This document shows positions 51,721 to 64,000 of a DNA stretch of 64,000 nt, one piece after another. This DNA is from Camelus dromedarius (Eukaryota): contig NC_087437.1 of assembly GCF_036321535.1 (NCBI RefSeq), forward strand, positions 82,462,001 through 82,526,000, in the 5' to 3' direction. Every line of letters begins with the position of its first letter. Positions within the stretch are counted from its first letter, which is position 1. The notes below the pieces were generated by a model. The model had not been told where the DNA came from. It ran no database searches and saw nothing but the letters and a program-made list of their open reading frames with translations. Both the position numbers and the translations under genes were made by a program.

Positions 51721-52915
51721 CTAAGTTCTGTGGATTTAGAATATTTGGAAAATAAATAAAAAAAGAAAATAAAGTCATTCTAAAACCTAACCAACAACAG
51801 ACAATTGCTGTTAACATATAGATGTATTTCCTTAGAGTTTGTGCAGTTTATTTCTAGACATTTTTAACATTAAAACAAGTATATATATATATGTATTATA
51901 TATAATAATGTAAAAATAAATCTTTATAATTATTGTATCTATTATGTCATAATAATTTAAATATGTATACTTTATATAATATATATGAAATTTCAAACAG
52001 GTAATAAAGGATCATTTATAGATCCTATTTAGAAGATAACAGAGCCAGGATATGGTGGCAACTAATATTTGTCCTGAAATGGTTTATTGGTCTTTTTTAA
52101 TTAAGCAAAACTACTCAAGCAATTTAGTATAACTTTTGACCATGCAAAAAATATTTACTCAAGATACTTGGCAAGGTTTTGCTCTATGTGGCTCTATTTT
52201 ATGGAAATGGGTGAGGAAATTGTCTCTTGGCAAAATGTCTCATGCAAATAGTTTAGATACTTTTTTTAAGTGCCAAATTAAAAAAAGCAGAAATATTGTA
52301 TTTTATTATTACAAAAAATAACAAGAGATTCCAGCTCAACCTTGGGATAAACTCTTTGGTAATAGACACAGTACTTGGACTTGACAAAAGAGAGGAATCC
52401 AAAGGGAAAGCTAGGACAGAGTACTGCGAGGGTGAGGTTTCCTCCAGGGCTGCAAAACTTACCCAGTAACACATAGGTCAACTGAAGTAGATTGGAGTTC
52501 AGAAAATATTGCAGGAGAGATTTTTATGTTTTTCCTTCAACTACTGATTTATCTTCTGCCTTTTATAAATTTTATTCCTTCCAACTTTCAATGTATTTTT
52601 AATTTTCCTTCTCCTTTCCTTTTTTAATTTTCTTTCTCCCTTCTCTTTCTTCTGCCTTTTTTATCTCATCTTGTTTAGCCAAGGTATCTCAGGTTTTTTT
52701 CTCATGACTTTCTGCATCTGCTTAAAAGAAAAGATCTTATATTTTAAAGAGGAGACAAAAAAAAAATGTTATAAAAATTTTGTTCTGTTTCTGTTGTATG
52801 TGGTTTTCAGAGGTATAGTCTTCCCTTCAGTATCGAGGAAACTTGTCCTTTCACTTGTGTTGTTTTCCCTTGAATCACATGTTATTATCTTTCTGTTTAC
52901 CTGTCCTTAAACAAG

Positions 52916-52957
52916 GAAAACTATATCCAGATCTAGTGTTTGCGAACAGACCAACAG
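52916..52957 (+). other. Candidate 42-nt internal exon of an unidentified host gene
   Basis: tctttctgtttacctgtccttaaacaag|GAAAAC...CCAACAG|gtaagt has a consensus donor and a length that is a multiple of 3. It is open as KLYPDLVFANRPT (phase 1) or KTISRSSVCEQTN (phase 2). Confidence 0.6.
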
Positions 52958-53174
52958 GTAAGTGAATTGCCTTTGTTGCTACATTTTCTTTTACACATTG
53001 GTCCCTTAGATCTACAGCCAAAGGCAGGAGATGAGTATGAATCACAGTCCAATTTCCAGTGTCTTTCAGTTTTGCTGGACTCATTTGGCACTTTTTTTCC
53101 CCATGTGTAATACATGACTGTGAATGGAGTACATCAAAAGAAGAAAAAACTATAGTTCCACGTTTGTATTGTTA

Positions 53175-53380
53175 CAATGGCTTTTCTCAGTGGGGCTTAG
53201 ATGACATTTAATTTTCAAACTGTAGTCATGAACTAATCAACATCAAAATGCAGAGCCTTGGGCCTAATTCCGGCCCCCTGCGTATCAATCTTTAGGGAGG
53301 AAGAAGGCCTGGAAACCTACATTTTGAACAAGTTCTCCAGGTAAGTCCTACATACACTAAGAACATTTTCAGTGATGCTT
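53175..53380. mobile_element. MER5-like hAT MITE
   Basis: 'aaaatgcagagccttgggcct...ggcctggaaacctacattttgaacaagttctccaggt'. Confidence 0.7.
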
Positions 53381-53959
53381 TACTTGTAAGAACTCCAGTA
53401 CCTGGAATGCACCTCAGTACTGCTTGTCCATTCCCACTTCTCAGCACATTGTGGCATCTTAATAGATGAGATGTAAAACAAGAAATACTGATGGCTACAG
53501 GTATAAAAAGAGCCCACATTTGGCTGTCACAAAAAAAACAGTATCTCAGAGGAGACAGAGGCTGCCAAGTACTCTGTCTTGTAAGATTTTTGTGCCCTCC
53601 CTACATCAGTGAACTACAGGGAGAGCTAAAAGGATTATTTAATTACTATTTGGTGAATAGATTTGCTTTATTTCAGTTCCACTACATAAACAATTCACAG
53701 ATTGTAATTTTGTCTTCAGTTCCTTTGGTCTGAAAATTAGAGGAAATTCTGCCCAGATTGTGACTATGTTGCTGGGATCATTTACCCTTTTTGGTGTCTG
53801 CATTCTTAATTTTCACAGAGGATTGGAAGTGGCTATGTTAGGACTTATTGGCTAGATGCCACTTTAAATCAAAAATTCTGATATACAAAAACGCCTGCTT
53901 ATCTTGGAGTAGAGTTGTAACAAATTCACTAACATTTCTTACAATTTTGCTTATATTCA

Positions 53960-55060
53960 AAGGTCTTTTTTAAAATATAGAAAATATTAAAAATAACATA
54001 ACAGAGTTATACTCATTAATTGAAACTGAGGCTTATTAACATTCTGCCATACTTATTTGATGAATTTTTATGAAGTAAATAAAACAAAGATTAAGGTGAA
54101 GTTACTTTTACTACCCATACATATTTCCATTTCCTTCTGTTCTCACCATATACAACCAATGTTATAAAGTTGTCATAATCTATTTTTTTAAATGTTTTAT
54201 ACATCCATAAAATATATATACATACATTTATACAATAAGAACATATGATATTGTTTTATGTGATTTTTGTTAACATGGTTTATTACATGCTCTATATTCT
54301 GTCAGTTGCATTTCCCTCCCTCAAATTTGTAGTTTGAGATCTACCCATATTAATATATTAATATCTGTTTAATTTCTTTTACTTGCTTCATAATATTTCT
54401 TTCTTTGTATATACTCATATTGCCAACTCCCTGATTGCTTCCGATTCATAAAATATTACAACAGTGCTGTAATATGCATTATTGTTTACATTTCCTTGTG
54501 TGCATGTGCAAGAATATATTTAGGCTATAAACTTAGAAGGAGAATTTTGGGGGTAATAGGGTATGCACATTTAATACTATAAGATGTTATCAAGGTTTTT
54601 TCCCTCACTTTTGAACCACTTTTTACACCTTTTATTATGGCTTAAGGTTTTCTGTTCTTCTAAATCTTTGCCAAGATTTGATAAGATCAGACATCTAATT
54701 TTTGCCAATATGGTGAGTCAGAAAATAGGCTTACTTTTAATTATTTTACCTCCACATGCACAGGCCTCCATATTTAGTATACTTGTGTACCCCAAGTACC
54801 GAAAACTACACCTGAGCTCAGTAGAGGCTCAATAAATATTTTGTTGAATGTATTTATCAATGAACTTGAGCATCTTCTCATGTGTTTATTTGCCATTCAA
54901 ATTTCTTTTTCTGTGTATTGCCTGGTTTATTTCCTTTGCCCATTTTTGTTTTGAATTATATGCCTTTTTCTTACTTATTTGTGGAAACTCTTCATACATT
55001 CCAGCTACAAACTTCTTACTCTGTATCTTGGAAACATCTTTATCGTGTTGTTCCTTGTTT
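53960..55060 (-). mobile_element. Old L1ME-type 3' end
   Basis: 'tttgagatctacccatatt', 'taggctataaacttagaaggagaatt' and 'ttgagcatcttctcatgtgtttatttgccattc'. Confidence 0.8.
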
Positions 55061-55835
55061 TTTTTTTTTTTTTAAATTTAACAGATTTTATTTTTAGAAC
55101 ATCTTTAGGTTTAAGGAAAAATAAGTTAAAATTAAAGAGAATTTTCATATACACTCTTACCCCCCCCAACAGTTGCTCCATCATTGACATCTTACATTAA
55201 TGTGATACATGTATTATGATTGATGAGCCAATATAGGTACATTCTCACTAACGAAAGTCCATAGTTTACCTTAGAGTTCACTCTTTGTGTCGTACATTCT
55301 ATGGATTTTGACAAATGTATAATGATATGCATTCACCATTGCAGTATCATACAGTAGTTTCACTACCCGATTCATCCCTCCCTACATCCCCCAAATTCCT
55401 GGCAACCACTAATCTTTCTTTAGTTTTCATTTTTGCTTTTTCCAGAATGTCATATAGTTGGAATCAAACACTATGTAGCCTTTTCAAATTTGCTTCTTTC
55501 ACTTAGCAATATATATTTAAGTTTCCTGCATGTCTTTTTGCCGCTATACATCATTTCTTTTATTGGTTAATAATATTCCATTATATACCTGTATCACAGT
55601 TTATTTATACATTCACCTATTGAAAGACATCTTAGTTGCTTTGAAGTTTTGGCAATTACAAGTAAATCATTAATTTGGCAGTTGTGAGTAAAACATACAT
55701 GTGCAGGTTTTTGTGTGAACATAAGTTTTCAGTTCATTTGGGTAATACCAAGGAGCACAATTGCTGGATCATTAGGTAAGAATATGTTTAGTTTTGTAAG
55801 AATCTACATCTGTCTTCCAAAATTGCTGTACCATT
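55060..55835 (-). mobile_element. L1MC-type 3' end inserted into the older L1
   Basis: PolyT followed by 'aaagtccatagtttaccttagagttcactctttgtgtcgtacattctatggattttgacaaatgtataatga...ttccagaatgtcatatagttggaatc'. Confidence 0.9.
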
Positions 55836-57392
55836 CCTTATCTTTTAATTTTTCACATGCAGAAGTTTTAAATTTTGATTTAGTCAAATGGAACATTTTT
55901 ATGGTTTATAATTTTTGCTTTAAAAAAATTCCTACTATAAAAACATTAAAATATTCTGTGAAATTTCTGTGGCTAATAATGTTATGTTTTTACTGTTATT
56001 ATTAATTTCTGGAGCCTGTCATTCTTGCCCTTCTGCATTATGTCCCCAATCTAATATTCACCCTTATCTTCAAAATAACCCATCTACTCAGACCACACAG
56101 GTCTGCCTCTTGACTCCAAAATGAGTCATGAGCAGTCCCACTTCTATGCTTTTGGTCATGCTGGTTCCTCTGCCTCAAGAATTCATCTTTCTCTGTGTGT
56201 AAATTTAAGTTCTATTCCTCCTTCAAACTTGAACTAAGTTCACCTTCCCATTGTGGCCTCTTCTGACTTCCCTTTATTTGCTCTTTAGACCCTTTTCATA
56301 TTTTTCAGGCCCAGGATACAAGATTCACATTATAAGTATCTTATTTACCAGTCTAAATATCAGAAATGACCAGTTATAGAGAAAAATACAGCATCCTAGG
56401 GATTTTCCAGATGTATTTTATTTATCTGTATATTACAGGAACTCCTGACTTTTCAAACCTATCCTAATTTATTCTTCCATTACAAGTCTTGTGGTGGTCT
56501 ATTTATCTTTGAAAACCCAAGTCCACATTTTATTTTTTATTAAAAAGTTATGCTTGGTTCAGACATTCATAAGATGAAGTAATAATGCTTTGTGATTGCA
56601 AAATGTTCTCTATCTAATATCCATTATCACACAGTGCTCAGTGGGTAATAGATTTAAATATCAATCTATGTATATAGATATATATATATATAATTCTTTC
56701 CCACAACAGTGATATTTCACACATAGTGTGAGAAGCTACTGCCCAGATGAGCCACAGTAGAGCAACAGCCAGCATTCCTATTCTAGAATAAGCATGGATG
56801 TGGTTTACTACTTTCAGTTTAGATCTGATCTATTCACATATCCCAACAAATTTCCTAATCAAATTCCAGTCTTCAGACTTTCCCCACCACAGTCTCCCCT
56901 CACCCAGACTCTGCCTTCTACCAGAAAGATTGAAGCGATGTAGAGCCATGGTATCCATTAAGTGTTTATCCAGGTGGAGAAAAAGATGATTCAGTAATAA
57001 CAGTACGCTTGATACTCAACTAATTTTCCCATCTGTTATAGGCTTTTCTGCAGGAATGTATCACTGTAAAAACTTCACAAATATTTATCAAAACCATTCT
57101 ATTGTCTCGAAAACAAGAAGGTTAGTGATCTGTCCCCACCTACCGTCCCCCACCAACAGAATGTCAAGGGCCTGGGTAAACTATGAAGTATAAAGGATTG
57201 TGTCCCTTAAAGGATTTGACACATTTTCTGAGACACTGAAAAACTTGAATGAAAGCATAAAATAGGTCATAGTCAGGATGACATGAATGACACCATTCAC
57301 CAAGGTCAAAGTACTTGAAATATTACATTGCAGACTCTCTACCTTCTCCAAGTTTTGCTATTCTGTTGTTTTCCTCTTGAAGAAAATGTATC

Positions 57393-57438
<46 letters not shown>

Positions 57439-57461
57439 GTGATGGTGATGATGATGATGAT
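57393..57461. repeat. (GAT)n trinucleotide microsatellite
   Basis: (GAT)15 GGT GAT GGT (GAT)5. Confidence 0.97.
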
Positions 57462-58339
57462 GTGGCTATTGCTGCTTTCTAAAGAGGGGGATCACAAGGA
57501 TTAAAAATATTTATTAATATTAAATAATGCTTTATAATGATAGAATTAGTGCATCACTGGCTCTTTCACCTATTTTCTCAAAGTTTTAATTTTAGTTATT
57601 AAAATTTCAAAAAAAAAAAAAAAAGAAAAAGAACCCATAGAATTACATAGAATTACATCTTTCACCTGGGTTAGGATGTGAAGTGGAGAGTTAGGAGGAT
57701 AAAATTTGTACAAAGTCAAAATTATCCTAAGTCTCTTAGGAAGGTGCACATTGAGAATCAACGTAGCATCTCTGGAGTAGTTCAGTACAGTTCATTTTCT
57801 CTCCAGCATTGGAATAGATCACTTATATTTGGGACGAGCCCCAGGGAAGGCATTTGACTTGTATTTAAGTTGTATAAAAAATTGTTTTAAAACAATGTAT
57901 GTTATTACACAACCTTAATCTAATAGGGATATATGCTAAATGTAGTAAGGATGTGCATTTTTTTCATAGTCTTAACTATTAAGCAGATACAACACTGTGA
58001 GAGATGGTTTGGAACTGAGAGGAACAGAGAAAATGGCAATTCAGATTCTCAAATCATGCTCAATCTTTACAACATGTTACAGTTGGGTAGAAGAATAGAA
58101 GGACTTGCTAAGTTTGGGTTTGGTTGTATTTGTTTTGTTTTGGCTTCTTATGGAGCCTGTGTGGTAGTAGCTATATAGCAGATTTGTATAAGGTAAATAC
58201 TTATATATATAACCTCATATATTTGATATAATTGTCATAAAAAATTTAGGAGACTAAAAATGTCTTTGATATTCAATGTCTGCTGTTGATATCCAATAAC
58301 TGAACATATGTCTATATGTCATAAATTGGCTCGAAATAC

Positions 58340-58785
58340 CTCACTTATAGCCTACCTCTCCAGCTTACTCTGTCAACTTCCTCTCATACCACAGGCTCCA
58401 AAAATACCAAATTACTTTCTGCAGCTGCCCAAGAGACCATGGCTTTTCTAGTCCTATGTACCCTTGTATATGCTGTTTCCACTATTGAGTCCTGATTCTT
58501 TCTTATATCCTCAACCCAAGCCCACTTGGAGAAATGCTACTCATATTTTCAGAACCAGATCAAACCTTGCTGCCTCAGTGAAATCTTCCTTGATTCTGTA
58601 TTGTCACTGCACTCAATACATAACTTCAGTTGATGCATTTGTTGTGCTACATTTACTTTTATGTCTCATCTTTCAATTAGACTATCTCTTTAATGGCAAT
58701 GTTTGTAACATCCATCTTTGTATCCTCTGCAGTAGCCTGGACTCAATAGCCACTCCAAAATACAATAATTCAAAGAATAAATAAT
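58340..58785 (+). mobile_element. L2 fragment
   Basis: 'gcctacctctccagctt...tactcatattttcagaaccagatcaaa...attagactat...catctttgtatcctc'. Confidence 0.75.
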
Positions 58786-60891
58786 TCATAGATATTTATT
58801 CTCAGGGTATTAGAAACCAAAAAAATAATGAAGGAGTCTGATTCAGTTTAGGTAATCTAAGCTCAAATACCTTTTTCTCTTAGTTTATATTGTCTCTCTC
58901 TCCGTCCTTTTACATGTACACACCTCAAATGCCACCCTGGCTATAGAATCACCGTAGGATTTGATGGCTATAAAAGATAAGAAACCGCCATGTGTTTTCC
59001 AAGAGCATTCCCTGGAAAGTTTTTGGTTCTTTTGCTGCACACTTTTGTATGCAGCAAGTCCTCCACACTTTTGGGATGTGCCAGTGAGCTGGTAATCATC
59101 TTCTCACAGTTTAACTCATAATTCAATAAAAAGCTAATTTCCCACTTAACACTGAGATGTAAGTCCAGTGACAGGAGAGAATCTGGAGTGAAGCTCTGCT
59201 CTCTCCTAAGATCTTAGGAAGGTGAAGTAGACTCAATGAGCTTACTGAATTTTAGATGTAGAACAATACATTATGAAGGGAATATGTCTTCTCTACCCCT
59301 ACCCTATATCTTCTGACATTTCCCATCACTTTATAAGCTAAGACTGCAAAGTTAGAATGCTAGAGATGGCTTAATTTCTTTCTAGCCATTCCTTTAAGTA
59401 TTTGAAGTTGCATATACTTTTTATTCACTTGAATTAAAAAAAAAACTAATGCTAAAACAAGAGCACATACATCACTAGTATTAAAATAATCCATTCTAAT
59501 TTTAGGATGTTCAGATTGAGAGTCACTTGAGAAATCATGTTCTTTAATGCCTCTTTTGACATCTCAGTAACAGCAACAGGCCTAAGGAGGTGTTACGACT
59601 TTCCTTAAGGTCACCCAACCATATTTTAATTACTGGATTACAGCCAGTTCTTTTGAGCTTCAGACTAGTGTTCTCTGTTTTAAAAGGTGATGAAATTTAG
59701 GGTGGGATTGAAATAAGCACCAATAATTTGTTATGATAGAAGATTATTAAAAATGATTTGGGGACATAAGTTAGAAATGATACACATTTTCTTTAGAGAG
59801 TATGTGTATAAAGTTGATTGAAGTTAGAAATGCTATGGGGTGTAGCCAAAGGCAAATTACCATCAAATGTGGAATAGTGTAAGTTTAAAAAAAATGAATC
59901 CAGTTAAGATGTCTAGATCTTCAAATGGCTTAGTGCCTGTTACCATTTTTAAAATCCTTTTTTTTAACTCATTAACTGTTGGGTAATACATAAAGAGAAA
60001 TGACCAAGATTAAAAAAAATGAATGTGATGAAAGTGATATTCTCATGAAGACATTCATGTTTTTCCCCAGGAAATAACTATTCTCGCTCACACACAAAAA
60101 CTCTTTGCATTTTTAAGTTATGTGGAATCTCTCTACCCTACGGGCTTAAAATCCTAGACTACTACATGGATGATTATAATTTAGGGCCATGAGGTTTTCA
60201 TTCCTTGCTTTATACTCAGAAAATTTTATCCCAGTGTTGCCAACCAAGTCAGATATTAATGTATTGTCTTAGTAATTGTCTTATAGCCAAGAAGTACTCT
60301 GTTGATTCTGTTCCTAACAGCTGGATTCACCACATGAAAAGTGACCAAAGGAAATAGTTCATGTGTAAAAAATGTATACAAAAATATTAAATTTATTAAT
60401 TTTTTAAAAAGTATGTGTAAACTAGACATCAGTTAAAATGATCAGTGGGAATTTCCTTTTATGCTGGGCCAGTCTGAGGAAAAATTGGTGACCAGCAGTC
60501 TGTTGTCTGCCTTCTTGTACTCTTTCACATCTCAAACACCTAATTGTCACCCCAGAATTTCTAGAAGCTTGAATTGTGGAAACTTACCAGAACCTAATTT
60601 TCTACATTGATCCTATTATCAAGGCTTCTACATTCCACATCAAAATATACTTCCCTGTGTCTCACCTATTAAAAGCTCTGGTAGTACAATAAAAATTGTC
60701 CTTGAATTAATGGATTATTTTCTCATATAAGTTTACATTTAACCAAAGTTTTATCGGGGTACTATCCCTTTATCCAAAACAATATAGTCAATGCCAGTGA
60801 TTTCTGACAGGCTGGAGGGAATAAGATTTGGGATATCAGTTGCTCTTAAATCAGACTATAGAGGGAAATCCCTACATAAGGGATGTTATAT

Positions 60892-61360
60892 TGTATTAGT
60901 CAGGGTTCTCCAGAGAAACAGAATCAATAGAATAAATATTTATTTTACGAATTTGGCTCACATGATTATGGAGACTGAGAAATCCCAAAATCTGTAGGTA
61001 GCAAGCTGGAGACCTTGAAGAGCTGATGGTAGAGTTTTCATCTGAAAGCCTGTAGGCTCAAGACCCAAGAAGAGCTGATTTTTCATTTTGCATTTGAAGC
61101 AGAAAAAGACCTATGTCTTAGCTCAAGTAGTCAGACAGGAGGAATACTCTTACTCAGCCTTTTTTGTTCAGTTTCCATCTTCAACTGCCTGGGTTAGATC
61201 TACCCATATTAAGGAGGATAATCTGCTTTTAACTCAGTCTACTAAGTCAAATATTGATCTCATCTAGAAATAGTGTCACAGACACAGCCAGAAAAATGTT
61301 TGATCAAATGTCTGGGCACCCTGTGGGCCCAGTCAAGGTGACACATTAAATTAACCACAT
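60892..61360 (-). mobile_element. ERV-L solo LTR (MLT2-type)
   Basis: 'tgtattagtcagggttctccagagaaacagaatcaatag...ttggctcacatgattatggagactgag...ggcccagtcaaggtgacacattaaattaacca'. Confidence 0.92.
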
Positions 61361-61734
61361 ATGGACAAATGTTTACTTTTAATCTGTGAGGTTCTAGAGA
61401 GCAGAGCTGGGAACAATGGGTACTATTCATGAAAGACTCAGTTGGGCTTATTATAGGAAGAAGTTTATAACAGTGGCAATCGTATGAAAAAGAAGACAAT
61501 TTTTATAAGAGAATAAGCCTCTAGGTCTTGAAGCTAAAACTGATCTGAAATGAATGCTTAGAAGAGGTTCCTGCTTTGAGTGAAGTGTGGTCTACATGCC
61601 CCCTGAAATGTTTCCACTCCAGAGATTTGTAATAGGCTCAGTTTTTAGAAGGCCAGTCTTATTTTTATCTAATCTCAACCAGCCCTTTGTTCTCTGTATC
61701 ACAGCCAGGAGAATCTCTCTAAAATGCTTATCTG

Positions 61735-62070
61735 ATTGTGTAGGTGATTTGTTAAGGAAGTTCTTCCAGAAGGTGATTGAGGAGTAGGGAGGAGAGGAGT
61801 CAAGCCAAGTTGCAATCTTAGCCTGTCTTCAGGGTAGACTAAAACAGAGATTACATCTCAGAGGTGATCCCATAAGCTTTGAGCTACCCTGATGCCCAAT
61901 ATCTCCCAGGCACTTCCAGCTCTCTGCATCTGTGGGCAGAGCAGCTCCAGTCACCCAAAAGCAGTCCCCTGAAGTAAGGTGCAGGAAGAAGACTTTGGGA
62001 CACAATACAGAGGAGCTGGGGATGGGTGCACAAAAAGAAACCATAAAAGGATTCTGAGGGGATCTAGACA
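61735..62070 (-). mobile_element. ERV-L LTR fragment (LTR16-like)
   Basis: 'ctcccaggcacttccagctctctgc...gggcagagcagctccagtcacccaa...cagtccc...gggatgggtgcac'. Confidence 0.65.
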
Positions 62071-63631
62071 GATAATTGACAGTGTTCTCATCACATGCCA
62101 TTTTACTCTGGAACGACGTATGACCTCAAATGTCAGTTGTGCTGAGGTTGAGAAGCTCTGCAGATTATGTGAATGGATCAACCAGTGAAACAATCAACCA
62201 CTCAAAATCTTACTATTGGAGACAATTCCCATATTTCATTTGACAGGAAAAAAAAAAACTATTCCCTGATATATATTAGGCTGTTTTTTTATGTGAAGAT
62301 TTCATTTCTTTACTCTAGAAATAAGTATCAGTTAGGGTCCCTGAGCTATAAGAAACTTCTCTGTTGCTGAGTTTTTCAGAATTTTTTTTTTCAAACAATC
62401 TGAGAGTTAAAAAAAAAAAAAATTGGGAGGTGGGGAAATGGGATCCTGTTCAGTTCTATGTTTTTCTGGAATGAAGCAGTAAGAGTATGATTAACGTCTT
62501 GCTGACTGTTTAACTGCCAACGTTGCCACCTGCTGTCTTGAGGCAAAGAAAACCTTGTTGGCATCCTTGTGCTTGGTGAGAAAACCAAGGGATGATGAAT
62601 AGCTTGTCCCCAAAATCAAACACAGTGCACAGCAGTGTCTGGCACAAGATGAAGTGTTTGCTAAGGAAATAGAATGGCAAGTTGAAGCTCCCAGACCATT
62701 GATCAAATTTGTTTGTAGCCAACAATCAGTGTTTTGCTTTTGGCTGCTAGAATCTCACTACCCTTCCTGGTTCAAAAAGAAGCCAAGTACCCTTCATCTG
62801 TTTATACAGGCTGTGTGTAACTATAAACAGAACTGTACAAAGTCATTCCTTTGGAGCCCAGGCATTCATGTACTTCCCCTGTCTCTAAGCCAAGAAATGA
62901 ATGTGTTCACTGTTTTTTTATTGCCCTGTGGGAGCTTGCTACAGATTTACTAGTGGTATGACTTAACCTATATTTCCAACCTGCAGATGGAAGAAAGTTT
63001 AAAACCAGTAGTTCCTGTTCTTAATAATAGAAATGAGGACTTCTCTGACCCTATTCATGAATGCAAAAAGACCTCTCCATAGACTCATCAATTTCACTTT
63101 ACCGACTTAGCTGAAAAATAGATTAGTCCACAGAGTGTGTAGCCACACTTTGTAAGGCCCATCTTAGTGGATGTAGGAAAACTCAGCATTTGTAGTTGTT
63201 AAATAGAAAAAGGCTAGTATCAGTAAGGGAGAATATGTCTCCATTGTAACTCCTTCCATGAAAGTCTCAAAATAAAGGCTATTCAGAAGAGTTTGAATCC
63301 ACCTATTAATATGATAGGTATTACATCATTTTTGCAGTGGTATCTGGTCCTTCTAGGTGACTGATCAGTTCTTTTGTGCCAAATCTATATATTTACATAC
63401 TTTTACTGCAATTACCATACTGTTTTATTATTACTATTATTTATTGAAATGTCTTTTTTAAAAAAAATTTAGACCCTTGAAAGTAGTGACTTCCATCTTA
63501 CTCATTTGCTTTGCTGTAGCCCCTACCATAGTATGCATATAATCTCAGTAAGCATATATTAGATGAGTGAATTAATAAATGAGAACTATAAAGCAAAAAA
63601 ATGAAGTTAATTCTCAAATTTCTTTACTGCC

Positions 63632-64000
63632 TGTAGTAGATAGAATTCTAAGATGACCCCCCCCCATGTGGTACCCTTATTTAATCTCCCCTCTAGTGTG
63701 GATGGGACCTATGAAGGTGATGAGATATCACTCCTGTGATTATGTTATGTAATATAGCAAAAGAGATTTCTGAAGATGCAATTAAGATGAGTAAATTTAA
63801 TTTACAGATTTAAATACTGCACATTTTGGTTTTAATTACTGAAAATTTTACAGATGTATTTAAGTTTACTGAGCAACTGATTCTGATTAATCAAAACAAA
63901 GGGGATCTGAGTGGGCCTGATATTACATGGGCCTTATAAACTTGAGTCTAGAGGTAGGAGATAGGAGTTAGAAACTGGAAGCAGCAGAGACCTTGTTTTG
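63632..64000 (+). mobile_element. MaLR LTR (MLT1E-like), runs off the window end
   Basis: 'tgtagtagatagaattctaagatgacccc...gtgtggatgggacct...cactcctgtgattatgttatg...gcaaaagagattt...gtgggcctga'. Confidence 0.88.

Noticed and set aside
832..62953. The short ORFs of the six-frame track as protein-coding genes
   Set aside because: All are 140 aa or shorter, many start at GTG/TTG, many lie within decayed repeats or low-complexity DNA, and none resembles a known cellular protein.
1..64000. CRISPR array, operon or other prokaryote-type novel system; CpG island promoter
   Set aside because: The sequence is mammalian and repeat-rich, with no repeat-spacer array, no long ORFs and no CpG island.

Overview
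AT-rich, CpG-poor mammalian genomic DNA. It is most likely camelid (alpaca/camel), judged from a Vic-1-type tRNA-derived SINE at about 20.1-20.2 kb. Much of the window is decayed transposable elements: L1 of several ages, L2, MIR, ERV-L/MaLR LTRs, an ERV-L provirus remnant and hAT-Charlie DNA transposons. No intact protein-coding ORF is present, and the ORF track is essentially noise. The window looks like intronic sequence of a large + strand gene. Two very short exon candidates (33 nt at 20268-20300 and 42 nt at 52916-52957) have strong splice signals and retained CpGs, and two weaker candidates lie at 26068-26190 and 29115-29186. I could not identify the host gene. The most notable structures are a SINE inserted into the polypyrimidine tract of the 33-nt exon, an ERV-L remnant whose gag segment is inverted relative to its LTR and pol, a twin-priming L1 inversion and an L1 5'UTR fused to the end of ORF2. 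I see no evidence of a new multi-gene system. Repeat subfamily names come from recalled consensus sequences and boundaries are approximate.
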